From Candidatus Bathyarchaeia archaeon (lineage in GTDB: Archaea > Thermoproteota > Bathyarchaeia > Bathyarchaeales > Bathycorpusculaceae), in the NCBI GenBank assembly GCA_050010755.1, contig JBEKKK010000001.1, positions 1,152,001 to 1,216,000 of the forward strand: DNA of 64,000 nucleotides, in the 5' to 3' direction. The translations under genes were made by a program, and so were the position numbers. Below, piece by piece: positions 8,959 through 18,919 of this stretch. The notes under the pieces were generated by a model. It searched no databases, had not been told where the DNA came from, and saw only the letters and a program-made list of their open reading frames with translations. The number at the start of each line of letters is the position of its first letter. Positions within the stretch are counted from its first letter, which is position 1.

Positions 8959-10260
8959 ATGGCCGAGTTCAAAACCGTCAGAGGCATGAGAGACTTTCTC
9001 CCAGAAGAAGCCAAACTGCTCAGACACGTCGAAGGTAGAGCAAGGGAAGTAGCTAGGCTCCACGGGTACAGGGAGATTGTCACGCCTGTCGTCGAGCCTT
9101 ACGAACTCTTGTCAGCCAAAGCTGGAGAAGAAGTAAAGTCGCGCATGTTCCTCTTCAAGGATCTGGGTGGAAGAGACGTCGCGTTGCGGCCGGAGTTCAC
9201 AGCCTCCGTGGCCAGGCTAGTGGCGACGACCTTGAGAAACGAGCCGAGACCGTTCAGACTCTTCTCCGTTGGAAGCATCTACAGGTACGACGAGCCACAA
9301 CGGGGCCGTTACCGAGAGTTCTGGCAGACGAACTACGAGCTGATGGGTTCAAGCAGGCCGGAAGCGGATGCTGAGATCTTACTCTTGACGAACAGTCTCA
9401 TGAAAGCCGCAGGGTTAGAGAAGTTCGCGTTTAAAATAGGCCACATCGGCATCCTCAAAGGCATACTTACTCAAGAAAAACTCGTTGACAAGGTGCAGAG
9501 TACGGTCATGCAGCTCATGGACAAAAAACAGTACGAAGATGCCCTTAGACTGGTGGAAAGCGCAGGCGTGTCAGAAACGTGCATGCCGACCCTTCGAAAA
9601 ATGATCGACCTCAAGGGCAGTGACGTCCTCGACGTGGTCACCCGAATAGCCGATCTCGTGAAAGACTATGAACAGTCCGTTGAAGCCGCGAAGAACCTGA
9701 GCGAGATCCTTGAGCTTGTTTTGGAAAGCAACGCAGATGTCGATATGACGGTTGATGCAGGTTTCGCTAGGGGGCTTGAGTATTACACGGGGATGATTCT
9801 TGAAGTTTACGTTCCAGATCTTGACATAGCATTAGGCGGCGGCGGAAGATACGACAGGCTGATTGAGCTGTTCGGAGGCGACCCAACTCCTGCAGTAGGC
9901 GTTGCTCACGGAGTAGACAGGATGATGCTGGCGTCGCAGCAACAGAACACGCACCAAAAAACCTTAGGAGAAACAGAGGAAGAAAAGACGGTTCTGGTAA
10001 TTCCAGTCAAGGAGCAGTTGAGAGGCGAAGCCCTGAGAGTTTCCCACATGCTCAGAAATGCTGGAACGTCTGTTGAGCTTGAAGTGATGGGGCGAAAAAT
10101 GACCAAGGCTTTGGAGGATGCAGACAGGAGAAATATAAGTTACGCAGTGATAATCGGCGAGAGAGAACTCGAAGAAAAAAAAGTTGTCGTCCGAAATCTT
10201 CGCAAGAGGGTGCAGAGCACCGTTAAGATTGAAGATGTTTCTGAAGCATTGAAAAGCTAG
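8959..10260 (+). CDS. hisS: Histidyl-tRNA synthetase
   Basis: RGMRD, LRPEFTAS, RYDEPQRGRYREF, RGLEYYTG, GGGRYD. Confidence 0.97.
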   Translation: MAEFKTVRGMRDFLPEEAKLLRHVEGRAREVARLHGYREIVTPVVEPYELLSAKAGEEVKSRMFLFKDLGGRDVALRPEFTASVARLVATTLRNEPRPFRLFSVGSIYRYDEPQRGRYREFWQTNYELMGSSRPEADAEILLLTNSLMKAAGLEKFAFKIGHIGILKGILTQEKLVDKVQSTVMQLMDKKQYEDALRLVESAGVSETCMPTLRKMIDLKGSDVLDVVTRIADLVKDYEQSVEAAKNLSEILELVLESNADVDMTVDAGFARGLEYYTGMILEVYVPDLDIALGGGGRYDRLIELFGGDPTPAVGVAHGVDRMMLASQQQNTHQKTLGETEEEKTVLVIPVKEQLRGEALRVSHMLRNAGTSVELEVMGRKMTKALEDADRRNISYAVIIGERELEEKKVVVRNLRKRVQSTVKIEDVSEALKS

Positions 10261-10653
10261 ATCAACCTGTACGGCGATCAATACGCAGCGGTGAATTTTG
10301 AGCAATTGCTCTCGGGGCGGTTCCCTGTTTCTTCGTTGAACCGAATGACGAAAAAAAGGCATCGCACTTTCTGGAATAACTGGCATGAAGAGAAAAAGTT
10401 TCTGAATCAAATTGATCCATGGCCAAATGCCTCAACATAAATGAATGAACCCAGCTTAGTCCATTTTGTCATGGAAACTCTATTGACTGCTGGAGTTGCG
10501 AACAGCGCACGTCAATTGAACTGGTATATCGAAGATCAGACTAAGACTTATCTTCGTTGCAAATGGAATTAAAATCAATCGCATCAACAGTTGGGTCGCA
10601 AGCCATCCGGCTCGCTGAAGAAGAAGTTACAACGTTGTGGATGACGAAAGAGG

Positions 10654-11901
10654 ATGAGGAAAACAGAAACGATAGAGACTCCTACGAGTTTGCGACTAGG
10701 TCAGCTTTTTCGGGGCAACATCGGGGTTATCATCGGCAGCAACATGGTCAATGGCTTCGGAACGGGAATAATTAGCCCATTCCTTTCGCTCTATTTTGTT
10801 AGCATTGGAGGAGATCCTATCAGGTTAGGGCTCATGTCATCGTTGTCGACACTGATACAATGCTTGATACTTTTCATTGGCGGGCGTCTGGCGGACCATT
10901 ATGGAAGGAGAAGGCTAATTGTTATCGCAGCATTCTACGCTATACTCTTCCCAGCATTGTATGCTTTGATTCACGACTGGCGAATATTCTTCTTAACCTC
11001 AGCACTGGGCGCATTCGGGGCAGTTTCAAGCCCAGCCCTTCACGCTACAGTTGCAGATTCTGTCCCTCCTTCAAAACGAACCACCGCCATTTCAGTGCTT
11101 CAAGTCTTCCCTGCTTTTCCAACGGTGTTTTCTCCATTGATCGGAGGTTGGTTTATAGCTGCTTACGGCCTTCAAATCGGTTTCAGGCTAGCATGCGTCT
11201 TCGTTGCGGGAACGACATTGGTCTCTGCTTTAATCATGTTGCTATTCCTGAAAGAAACAATAAGACCTGAAAACGTCCAAGAATCTGCAACTCACAGCAA
11301 TTCGCCGTTGAGCGTCCGCCGCGCACTTTCATCCCAGTCCCTGCACAGCCTAGTCGCACTGCTTTCTGCTTACGGACTCATCGCTTTTGCCAACGCCCTG
11401 GTGAGCAACTACTACATCCTATACGCGAATAGCGTTATCCATATTGATGCGTTCAATTATGGAATCATCATCAGCCTTCAAATCCTCTTCATAACTCTCT
11501 TGAAGATTCCAGGAGGATGGGCAAGTGACAAGTATGGCAAGAAGAAAATCATGATTATATCGATATTAACGTGCATACCCTTTGTGATAGCGTTTACGTT
11601 TTCTCGATTATTCGTCCAAGCTGCGGTCACAATGGTCCTTTTAGCGATTGCAGGAATGTACTATGCACCGGCACATGAAGCCCTGCAAGCTGACCTCGCC
11701 CCCAGGGAAATTAGAGGAAGAGTCACGTCTTTTTGGGACATAGCTGGAGCAGTCGGCGGGGCTATAGGTGCACCTTTGGGCGGCTTCTTCTTTCAGGCGA
11801 TAGGCCCTGCAACACCCTTTTACCTTTTCGCCGTCGTTGAGGCCGCAGCTGCAATTCTGATAATTGTCTGTGTCAGAGAACCGCAAAGAGCAGAAAACTG
11901 A
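10654..11901 (+). CDS. MFS transporter
   Basis: GRLADHYGRRR and GWASDKYGKK motif A; about 12 hydrophobic segments. Confidence 0.92.
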   Translation: MRKTETIETPTSLRLGQLFRGNIGVIIGSNMVNGFGTGIISPFLSLYFVSIGGDPIRLGLMSSLSTLIQCLILFIGGRLADHYGRRRLIVIAAFYAILFPALYALIHDWRIFFLTSALGAFGAVSSPALHATVADSVPPSKRTTAISVLQVFPAFPTVFSPLIGGWFIAAYGLQIGFRLACVFVAGTTLVSALIMLLFLKETIRPENVQESATHSNSPLSVRRALSSQSLHSLVALLSAYGLIAFANALVSNYYILYANSVIHIDAFNYGIIISLQILFITLLKIPGGWASDKYGKKKIMIISILTCIPFVIAFTFSRLFVQAAVTMVLLAIAGMYYAPAHEALQADLAPREIRGRVTSFWDIAGAVGGAIGAPLGGFFFQAIGPATPFYLFAVVEAAAAILIIVCVREPQRAEN

Positions 11902-11962
11902 AGCATCTAGCAATGATTACATGGGCGAAACGCGAACCTGCAAAAAGTTTGGCACTGGAATG

Positions 11963-12631
11963 TCACGGAGCGCTTTCGGGTTCAGGAACGCTTTCTGCAG
12001 GCGCATTCCCATTCTTGTCGGTTCTCTTGTGTTGTACTTCTGAAACAACAGATTCGACTATGATTAACGCAATAATCAATACAACTATCACGAGTATCGC
12101 AGTAGAATTGCGCATGTCAAGCGCGATGTACCCGAGCCAAGGAATCCGCATCACAACTTTTCCAACTACATTCGCCGCAGGAGTCGGTGAATAAGGACCT
12201 GGTACAGCGTTACCGTCGCCTTGAGTTGTGAAATAGATTTGCCCGCTCACATTGGTTTCGGCAATGGCTCTGTGAACGATGAGTTCGTCACTGTCGGTGG
12301 CATGAAATACTAGTACGTCGCCAGATCTCCCAGTCTGGTTGTAGGGAGCCGTGTAGATATCCTCCGGGTTGACGCCTTCCACGATGATTAAATCACCTGT
12401 GTGCAGTGTCGGTGAGAAGGGACTTGCCCAGCCTGGATCGGGCTGAGAAACGCTCATGCTTCCAGAAGCAACCGCAAGCACTGGATAATTTGTGTTTAAT
12501 TCCCAACGGAGGCCATACCAAAATCCTATCACAATCGCGATTACAACGATAATCGTCAGAATGGTCCGAAAGTACTCGTTTTTCCACAATGACTTGGGTC
12601 CTTGTCCTGCCAATACGTTTTCCTTCCTCAC
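11963..12631 (-). CDS. Signal peptidase I (Sec11/S26B)
   Basis: SGSM, GDL, IVHR, TQGD; N- and C-terminal TM segments. Confidence 0.92.
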   Translation of the reverse strand: MRKENVLAGQGPKSLWKNEYFRTILTIIVVIAIVIGFWYGLRWELNTNYPVLAVASGSMSVSQPDPGWASPFSPTLHTGDLIIVEGVNPEDIYTAPYNQTGRSGDVLVFHATDSDELIVHRAIAETNVSGQIYFTTQGDGNAVPGPYSPTPAANVVGKVVMRIPWLGYIALDMRNSTAILVIVVLIIALIIVESVVSEVQHKRTDKNGNAPAESVPEPESAP

Positions 12632-12863
12632 TCCTTAACTCAAACTGTAGATTAAATCAAAGCAGATCCTTTAAAAGCTAATGGTTTGCAACACTTTATA
12701 GCTCCTTAGCTCTCGCTGAGCGCGCGCAACTGAAGAGGACGTCAAAGAATAGGTGGAACAAGACGATCAATGTGGATGCGGTTGAAAGAACCAGACCATT
12801 TGAAGACTTCATTCAGACTGGGCCAAATGCCGCGTCAGATTTGTCGTGTGGGAGGTGTTTAGT

Positions 12864-13736
12864 ATGAAAGAAGAAAAAGTGAAGAAGATAGTTCGAGAAG
12901 GCTACGCAAAGATCGCTAAGAAAGGGAAAACGTCTGGAGACGCTCCGACTTCCTGCTGCTCTGACATCTTGACTTCTTGTTGTTCCAACACATCCGAAAT
13001 GAGCGAGGAAATCAGCAGGAGAATAGGTTACAGTGACGAAGAAATAGGCTCAGTTCCGCCAGGCGCAAACCTTGGTCTAGGATGTGGAAACCCCGTTGCG
13101 TTAGCTTCCCTGAAAAAAGGAGAAACCGTTCTGGACCTCGGTTCCGGAGGAGGTTTTGACTGTTTTCTGGCAGCCAGCAGAGTCGGCAAGAAAGGCAAAG
13201 TCATCGGCGTCGACATGACCCCTGAAATGCTCGACAAGGCAAGGGAAAACGCCAGAAAAGGCAAATACGGAAACGTGGAGTTCAGGCTCGGAGAAATCGA
13301 GAACTTACCAGTTGCGGACGAAAATGTTGACGTTGTGATCTCAAACTGTGTTATCAACCTTTCACCGAACAAGAAACGTGTGTTCGAAGAAGCGTTCAGA
13401 GTGCTGAAACCGAACGGAAGACTCATGGTCTCAGACATCGTTCTGCTGAAGAAGCTTCCAGAAATAATAAGAAAAAACGTTCAGGCATACATCGGATGCC
13501 TCTCAGGCGCAGAGATGAAGGACAGATACCTCCAAACCATAAGAGAGGCCGGCTTCCAAAAAGTCAAAATCGTCGAGGAAAACTGTTTCCCAGTAGAAAA
13601 CATGGCAAACGATACAACAGCACAGGCAATCATCAAAGATAATGAAATACCCGCTGAAAAACTCGCGAAAATCGCAAACACCGTTGCAAGCGTAAAAGTC
13701 AATGGCCTCAAGCCTGGAAGAAAAAGGACAAAATGA
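12864..13736 (+). CDS. arsM: Arsenite S-adenosylmethionine methyltransferase
   Basis: GLGCGNP, VLDLGSGGGFD, SNCVINL, IGC, N-terminal CC pairs; SD gggaggtg upstream of ATG 12864. Confidence 0.92.
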   Translation: MKEEKVKKIVREGYAKIAKKGKTSGDAPTSCCSDILTSCCSNTSEMSEEISRRIGYSDEEIGSVPPGANLGLGCGNPVALASLKKGETVLDLGSGGGFDCFLAASRVGKKGKVIGVDMTPEMLDKARENARKGKYGNVEFRLGEIENLPVADENVDVVISNCVINLSPNKKRVFEEAFRVLKPNGRLMVSDIVLLKKLPEIIRKNVQAYIGCLSGAEMKDRYLQTIREAGFQKVKIVEENCFPVENMANDTTAQAIIKDNEIPAEKLAKIANTVASVKVNGLKPGRKRTK

Positions 13737-13768
13737 GCACGGAGCAGAAACTAGCCGTAGCGCGCACT

Positions 13769-14233
13769 CTATCTCTCTCTCCTTAGAAAGTCGCCCACGT
13801 CAAGAATGTTCTTCACAGCCACACCTTTCCTTTTTGCCTCCAGACTGCGAAGGATTTTGCCGAAACCCAAACACTCCTCGTACGAGTTTAGTACCAGCAC
13901 ATAGCCACCCTTTTTCGTCGAGCCCGTCACTTTGGTTATTCCTTCTCCAAACACGTCTCTTCCACAGATGAACAGCCATTCTGCCTTTTTCTCAACGTTT
14001 ATACTGTTTCCCTTTTTCTCTGCGATCATATTCAGCAGGTTGAAGCTTGGAAAAAACTCCCTATCCTTGGCTTCTCCCAAGTACTCTCCAGCATAATAGA
14101 AGTCTTTCGCCATCAGCCGCTTGACGTTCTCATCCAAGAGAAAGTATCGACCTTGCCCTTTCACGATGAAAGTCTCATCCAGCATGATCTTTGTTCCGAA
14201 ACGGCTTACAAAATCGTCTATGGGCTTGATCAT
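13769..14233 (-). CDS. Nip7-like PUA-domain ribosome biogenesis protein
   Basis: AEWLFICGRDV...LGFG...NILDVGDFLRRE; ATGA overlap with the upstream methyltransferase. Confidence 0.8.
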   Translation of the reverse strand: MIKPIDDFVSRFGTKIMLDETFIVKGQGRYFLLDENVKRLMAKDFYYAGEYLGEAKDREFFPSFNLLNMIAEKKGNSINVEKKAEWLFICGRDVFGEGITKVTGSTKKGGYVLVLNSYEECLGFGKILRSLEAKRKGVAVKNILDVGDFLRRER

Positions 14234-15120
14234 ACGTTCTCCCGCCGTTTCAGCTTACACACGAAGAACCCCTGGGTTCGCCCTGGCCAAATTCGCTTGC
14301 ATTCGGCAATAGAGCCATCGAGACTTTTCCCCAAAACATTCGTCAGGGCCCTCTGCCCATAACAGCTGATTCTTTCCACTCGAAGGCCAAGGTTTCTTAT
14401 GGCCCAATCGATATTTAACTCGTCCTCTTCCGGCTCCAAGGAACAGGTCGAATAAACTATTTCACCGTCGTCTCCTAGAACTTTTACGGTTTGAGCCAGT
14501 ATTTCTCTTTGAAGCGAAGCGTTTCTCTCCACGTCTTCCATCGTTCTTCTGTTGAACCAGTTTTTGTCTGTCGCGAAATTGCCCGAGCAGGGCAAGTCGA
14601 GAAGTATACGGTCAAACCTCACTTTCAGCTGGGATACTTGCCGCGCGTCTAAGAGGTAAACTACGGTGTTCTTGACGTGGCAACGTTCCAACTGGTTTGC
14701 CAACGCAGTGAGTCTCTGTCTTCCGATGTCCAGGGCGACTATTGCGCCTGTGTTGTGCATTGAATCGGCCAGTTGAACGGTTTTTCCTCCAGGGGCTGCG
14801 CAGGCGTCCAGCACTGTTTTATTTCCTGATTTTGCGAAAAGGGTGACGGGTATTTGGGCTGCCGCTTCTTGGATTGAGTACAAGCCTAGAAGATATTCCG
14901 ATGTGGCTCCGACCGAGAACTTTGATTCACAAACCCAGTAGCCTTGGTCGAGGGAGGAGACTCTTTCAAGCTCCATTCCAATCGAATGTAGCCGCTGCAA
15001 GAGAGCCTCTGTTTTCTCCACGTTCATAGTGTTTATTCTTATTGCTTGTCTGGGCGCAACGTCTCTGTATTTCCAGCCCAATTCTCGGTAGCGATCTGTG
15101 AAGAATTCCTTATTTGTCAT
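14230..15120 (-). CDS. RsmB/NOP2-family RNA m5C methyltransferase
   Basis: VLDACAAPGGKT, DLPCSG, YSTCS, GFF. Confidence 0.93.
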   Translation of the reverse strand: MTNKEFFTDRYRELGWKYRDVAPRQAIRINTMNVEKTEALLQRLHSIGMELERVSSLDQGYWVCESKFSVGATSEYLLGLYSIQEAAAQIPVTLFAKSGNKTVLDACAAPGGKTVQLADSMHNTGAIVALDIGRQRLTALANQLERCHVKNTVVYLLDARQVSQLKVRFDRILLDLPCSGNFATDKNWFNRRTMEDVERNASLQREILAQTVKVLGDDGEIVYSTCSLEPEEDELNIDWAIRNLGLRVERISCYGQRALTNVLGKSLDGSIAECKRIWPGRTQGFFVCKLKRRENV

Positions 15121-15353
15121 CGAGGATAGTCTGCCAACTGTTCATAAAAGGTTGGTGTTTATGCCTTAATTTGAAGTTCTACTTCGTCAATCTTCTCGTG
15201 AACCATTTCCTGATTTCTTCAACGAAGGCCGCGCCTATCTGTCGTCAAGAAAGACTAGCTCTTACATTTAGATCAATCGGACAATCGGAGACTGTTCTGT
15301 TTTGACAAATCTTAAATGTTTAGGTGGCTTATTTTGGTCGAAGGGTGGGATGA

Positions 15354-15815
15354 ATGAGTGTCAAACAGGCTTTTGTGATGATGGTTCAGAAAAGATGGTG
15401 GACTGAATTTTGTCGTCGCAATCGTGAGGGAAAGAAAATCCATTCATTCGTGCTCAGGGGAATAGCCCCGCCCAAAGATGCTTCGAAGGTTCTATTCTAC
15501 GTGACTAAACCAGTCGGTGAAATTTCAGGCTACGCCGACTTCATTGAACGAAAAGTTGGGGACGCTGACAGACTGTGGAAAGAACACGGCGATGAGTCGG
15601 TTTTGAGCTCAAAGGAGAAATATGATGATTTCGTGAAGGATTCGCAGAGAGTGTCTTTCGTCAGGTTCAAAGATCTGCACGAGGCAGCCAAAACCATCCC
15701 ACTTAATGATGTTCTGATGTCTATTGGAGTCAGAAGACTGGGCAGGAAAGGTTTCTACATCATGAAGGAAATCGAAGACGAGTTCGTTGCTTCGATGAAT
15801 GAAAGAGCCCTATAG
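15354..15815 (+). CDS. PUA-like (ASCH/EVE/DUF365-type) domain protein
   Basis: VLFYVTKPVGEISGYA...LW pattern typical of the ASCH/EVE fold. Confidence 0.6.
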   Translation: MSVKQAFVMMVQKRWWTEFCRRNREGKKIHSFVLRGIAPPKDASKVLFYVTKPVGEISGYADFIERKVGDADRLWKEHGDESVLSSKEKYDDFVKDSQRVSFVRFKDLHEAAKTIPLNDVLMSIGVRRLGRKGFYIMKEIEDEFVASMNERAL

Positions 15816-15886
15816 GACAACCGAATCCGTTTCCAACGGCATTAATGAAATGATTGACACAAAGTTAATAGGTCACTTTTTTTACA

Positions 15887-15983
15887 TCCATGTAGCTCAT
15901 CTTTAGGCAGTGGAAACCTAGAATGTTCACAATGTCAAGGATAACTCCTTTGCAGCTATTCGAGTATTTCGTTATCGCATGGA
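15887..15983 (+). promoter_or_regulatory. Candidate structured 5' leader of the EF-2 gene
   Basis: Closing helix tccatgt/gcatgga encloses hairpins catctttagg/cctagaatg and tgtcaagga/tcctttgca; its 3' strand overlaps SD ggaagg. Confidence 0.4.
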
Positions 15984-15993
15984 AGGTTTGATT

Positions 15994-18210
15994 ATGGTAC
16001 GATACAGGCAAGTTGAAGAAATTCAGAAGTTGATGAATTATCGTGAAATGATAAGGAACACGAGCATCATCGCTCATGTTGATCACGGCAAGACGACGCT
16101 TTCAGACAGCCTCTTGTCCGCAGCTGGAATAATCAGTGAGCAGAGGGCAGGACAACAGCTTGCGCTTGACTCTTGGGAGCTTGAACAGAAGAGACAGATG
16201 ACGGTTTTTGCATCCAACATCAGCTTGGCTCACACCTTCAAGGGAAAGGATTATCTGATAAACCTCATCGACACGCCCGGGCACATTGATTTTAGCGGCG
16301 CAGTCACGAGAAGTCTCCGAGCTGTGGATGGGGCCCTTGTGGTGGTTGACGCGGTGGAGGGCCCAATGACCCAAACTGAAACCGTCTTGATGCAGGCTCT
16401 GCGCGAAAGAGTGAAGCCGATTCTCTTCATAAATAAGGTTGACAGGCTCATAAAAGAAATAAAACTAACGCCGGATGATATTCAGAAGAAATTTGCAAAA
16501 ATCATTATGAGGGTCAACACTCTCATCGAGAAATACGCGCCGCCTGAACACAAGAAAGATTGGCAGGTTAAAGTTGAAGACGGCGCCGTCGCCTTCGGTT
16601 CAGCCCTCCACAAATGGGGCCTAAACCTGCCGCACATGAAGGCGAAAGGCGTAACTTTCGTGGAAATCATCGATGCGTACACTGGAGAGCACGATGACGT
16701 TAACAGAAAGGTTGATGCCCTGAGCAAGAAGGCTCCAGTGCAAGATCCCATCTTGGACATGTTCATTGAACACTTGCCTAACCCTATAGAGGCTCAGCCC
16801 TACAGACAGGGTCAGATATGGCCTGGCGACGCCGATGGCCCCGTGGGCAAGGGGATGGCCAATGTTGACCCCAAAGGTCCGCTTCTGATGTGTGTGTCGA
16901 CGATTGAGGTTGACCCTCATAGTGGAGTTGTGGCCATCGGACGTGTCTTCAGCGGCACAGTGGAAAAAGGAAAGCTCGTTCAACTCATCACGAGCCATCA
17001 GAAAGGCACGATTCAACAGGTTTACATGAGCATGGCCGCTGACCGGGTTATAATCGACAGAGTTCCCGCGGGCAACATCGCAGCCCTCTCAGGTTTGCCC
17101 TCCATCCACGTCGGCGAGACTGTTGCAGAGGACGGTGTGGAGACGCAAGCGTTTGAAGGGTTGAAGTACGTTTCAGACCCTGTAGTAACGGTTGCCGTCG
17201 AACCTGCCGACGTTAAGGATTTACCGCTTTTCGACAAGGTCATACACAAATTGACGACTGAAGACCCGAACCTGCACTTTCTGATAAACAAGGAAAGCGG
17301 AGAATATCTGCTCAGCGGCATGGGAGAACTCCACTTGGAAATCACAGCCTATCGCATGCAGGAAGCCAACCTGAAAGTGAAGATTAGCAAGCCGATCGTA
17401 ATCTACCGCGAGACTATTAGCCATGACTACCAGGGCCCGCCGATAATGGGCAAGAGCCCGAACAAGCACAACAAGCTTTGGATTACGATGGAGAAGCTGC
17501 CCGACGAAGTTGTTGAAGCAATCAAGCTTGGAAAACTCACTGAAATGCAGACACGCGACGAAAGGCAAAAAACTCTGAAAGGATTCGGATGGTCGACAGA
17601 TGACGCTCGCAACGCCGTCGCGATCGAAGGCAACAACATTCTTGTCAACAGGATCAAGGGAAGACAGTACGTTGAAGAAATAATGGACCATATAAAATCG
17701 GGTTTCAGAGAAGCAGTGTTCACGTCTGTCTTGGCAAAGGAACCCGCTTTCGGGTTGAAAGTGAACCTGGAAGATGTGACGGTTCACGAAGACCCGGTTC
17801 ACCGCGGTCCAGCCCAGATCCTGCCAATGACTTGGCGTCCAATATGGTGCTCTTTTCTCCTGAGCGATCCCAGGCTCCTAGAGCCGCTCATAAGCCTTGA
17901 ATGCAAGGTTCCAAACCAGTTCGTAAGCAGCGTCATAGCCATAGTTCAGAAGCGCCGGGGCAAAATCTTGGACATGACAAATGAGGAAGATATGATAATC
18001 GTCAAGGCAGAAATGCCAGTGTCCGAGTCGTTCGGCCTAGCCGAAGAACTTCGTTCCTCAACCGAGGGCAGAGCCTTCTGGGCTACGCAGTTCAGCCGCT
18101 GGGCACCGGTTCCAGAGCAAATGAAAGATGAAATAATAAAGCAGATACGCGAACGCAGAGGCTTATCACCGACACCTCCGAGAGCTGAAGAATTCTTCGA
18201 GGAAGCATAG
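15994..18210 (+). CDS. fusA: Elongation factor 2 family GTPase (probable aEF-2 paralog)
   Basis: AHVDHGKTT, DTPGH, NKVD, SPNKHN, HEDPVHRGPAQ; G2 reads RQMT rather than RGIT; no rps12/rps7 neighbours. Confidence 0.92.
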   Translation: MVRYRQVEEIQKLMNYREMIRNTSIIAHVDHGKTTLSDSLLSAAGIISEQRAGQQLALDSWELEQKRQMTVFASNISLAHTFKGKDYLINLIDTPGHIDFSGAVTRSLRAVDGALVVVDAVEGPMTQTETVLMQALRERVKPILFINKVDRLIKEIKLTPDDIQKKFAKIIMRVNTLIEKYAPPEHKKDWQVKVEDGAVAFGSALHKWGLNLPHMKAKGVTFVEIIDAYTGEHDDVNRKVDALSKKAPVQDPILDMFIEHLPNPIEAQPYRQGQIWPGDADGPVGKGMANVDPKGPLLMCVSTIEVDPHSGVVAIGRVFSGTVEKGKLVQLITSHQKGTIQQVYMSMAADRVIIDRVPAGNIAALSGLPSIHVGETVAEDGVETQAFEGLKYVSDPVVTVAVEPADVKDLPLFDKVIHKLTTEDPNLHFLINKESGEYLLSGMGELHLEITAYRMQEANLKVKISKPIVIYRETISHDYQGPPIMGKSPNKHNKLWITMEKLPDEVVEAIKLGKLTEMQTRDERQKTLKGFGWSTDDARNAVAIEGNNILVNRIKGRQYVEEIMDHIKSGFREAVFTSVLAKEPAFGLKVNLEDVTVHEDPVHRGPAQILPMTWRPIWCSFLLSDPRLLEPLISLECKVPNQFVSSVIAIVQKRRGKILDMTNEEDMIIVKAEMPVSESFGLAEELRSSTEGRAFWATQFSRWAPVPEQMKDEIIKQIRERRGLSPTPPRAEEFFEEA

Positions 18211-18313
18211 AACAAAGGAAAGTCGATCGTTTTCAGACTTTCTTTTCCCTTCTTTCTGCAATTTTCAGCAAGCTTTATTGATTTTGAGAGTTATAAGACT
18301 CTAATGAATTGTC

Positions 18314-18907
18314 ATGATACTTGGTATTTGCGGAAGTCCTAGAAAACAGGCGACTGAACACGTTTTGACAGAAGCCTTGAACACGTTGAGATTAATGGGT
18401 TTTGATACAGAGCTATTCACAGTCAGAGGCAAGAACATAGGATTCTGCCAACACTGCGATTACTGTTTAAGGAATAAAACGTGCAAGTTGAAAGATGACA
18501 TGTACGAGCTCTACCCATTACTCAGAAAAGCTGACGGACTTGTAATTGCCACGCCCGTTTACAACGGCGGAGTAAGTGCCCAAACGAAAACTGTCATGGA
18601 CAGATGCAGGGCCTTGTTTGCCGAAGACAAGAACGTGCTAAAATACAAGGCTGGCATGGCCATCGCAGTCGGGGGAGACAGAGCAGGAGGACAGGAACTG
18701 GCAATCCAACAAATCATAACCTTCTACGTTCTGAACGGTGCCATTCCCGTAAGCGGCGGTCCTTTCGGAGCAAATTTGGGGGCAACTTTCTGGTCCAAGG
18801 ACACTCTTAAAGATGTTAAAGAGGACAAAGAGGGATTCAAGACTCTGAAAAAGACTGTGAATAGATTCGCTGACCTTGTGAAACAGAGTGAAATCAAGAG
18901 AGCTTAA
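18314..18907 (+). CDS. Iron-sulfur flavoprotein (Isf/WrbA-like flavodoxin)
   Basis: GSPR, CQHCDYC..C, TPVY, GGQE. Confidence 0.9.
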   Translation: MILGICGSPRKQATEHVLTEALNTLRLMGFDTELFTVRGKNIGFCQHCDYCLRNKTCKLKDDMYELYPLLRKADGLVIATPVYNGGVSAQTKTVMDRCRALFAEDKNVLKYKAGMAIAVGGDRAGGQELAIQQIITFYVLNGAIPVSGGPFGANLGATFWSKDTLKDVKEDKEGFKTLKKTVNRFADLVKQSEIKRA

Positions 18908-18919
18908 AATGGTGGGACT

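Noticed and set aside
12765-12840. SAM-I riboswitch upstream of arsM
   Set aside because: Lacks the GCAACC and other core SAM-I motifs.
15165-15270. Possible GNAT gene remnant on the minus strand (IGAAFVEEIRKWF...EVELQI)
   Set aside because: Too short and degraded to support.
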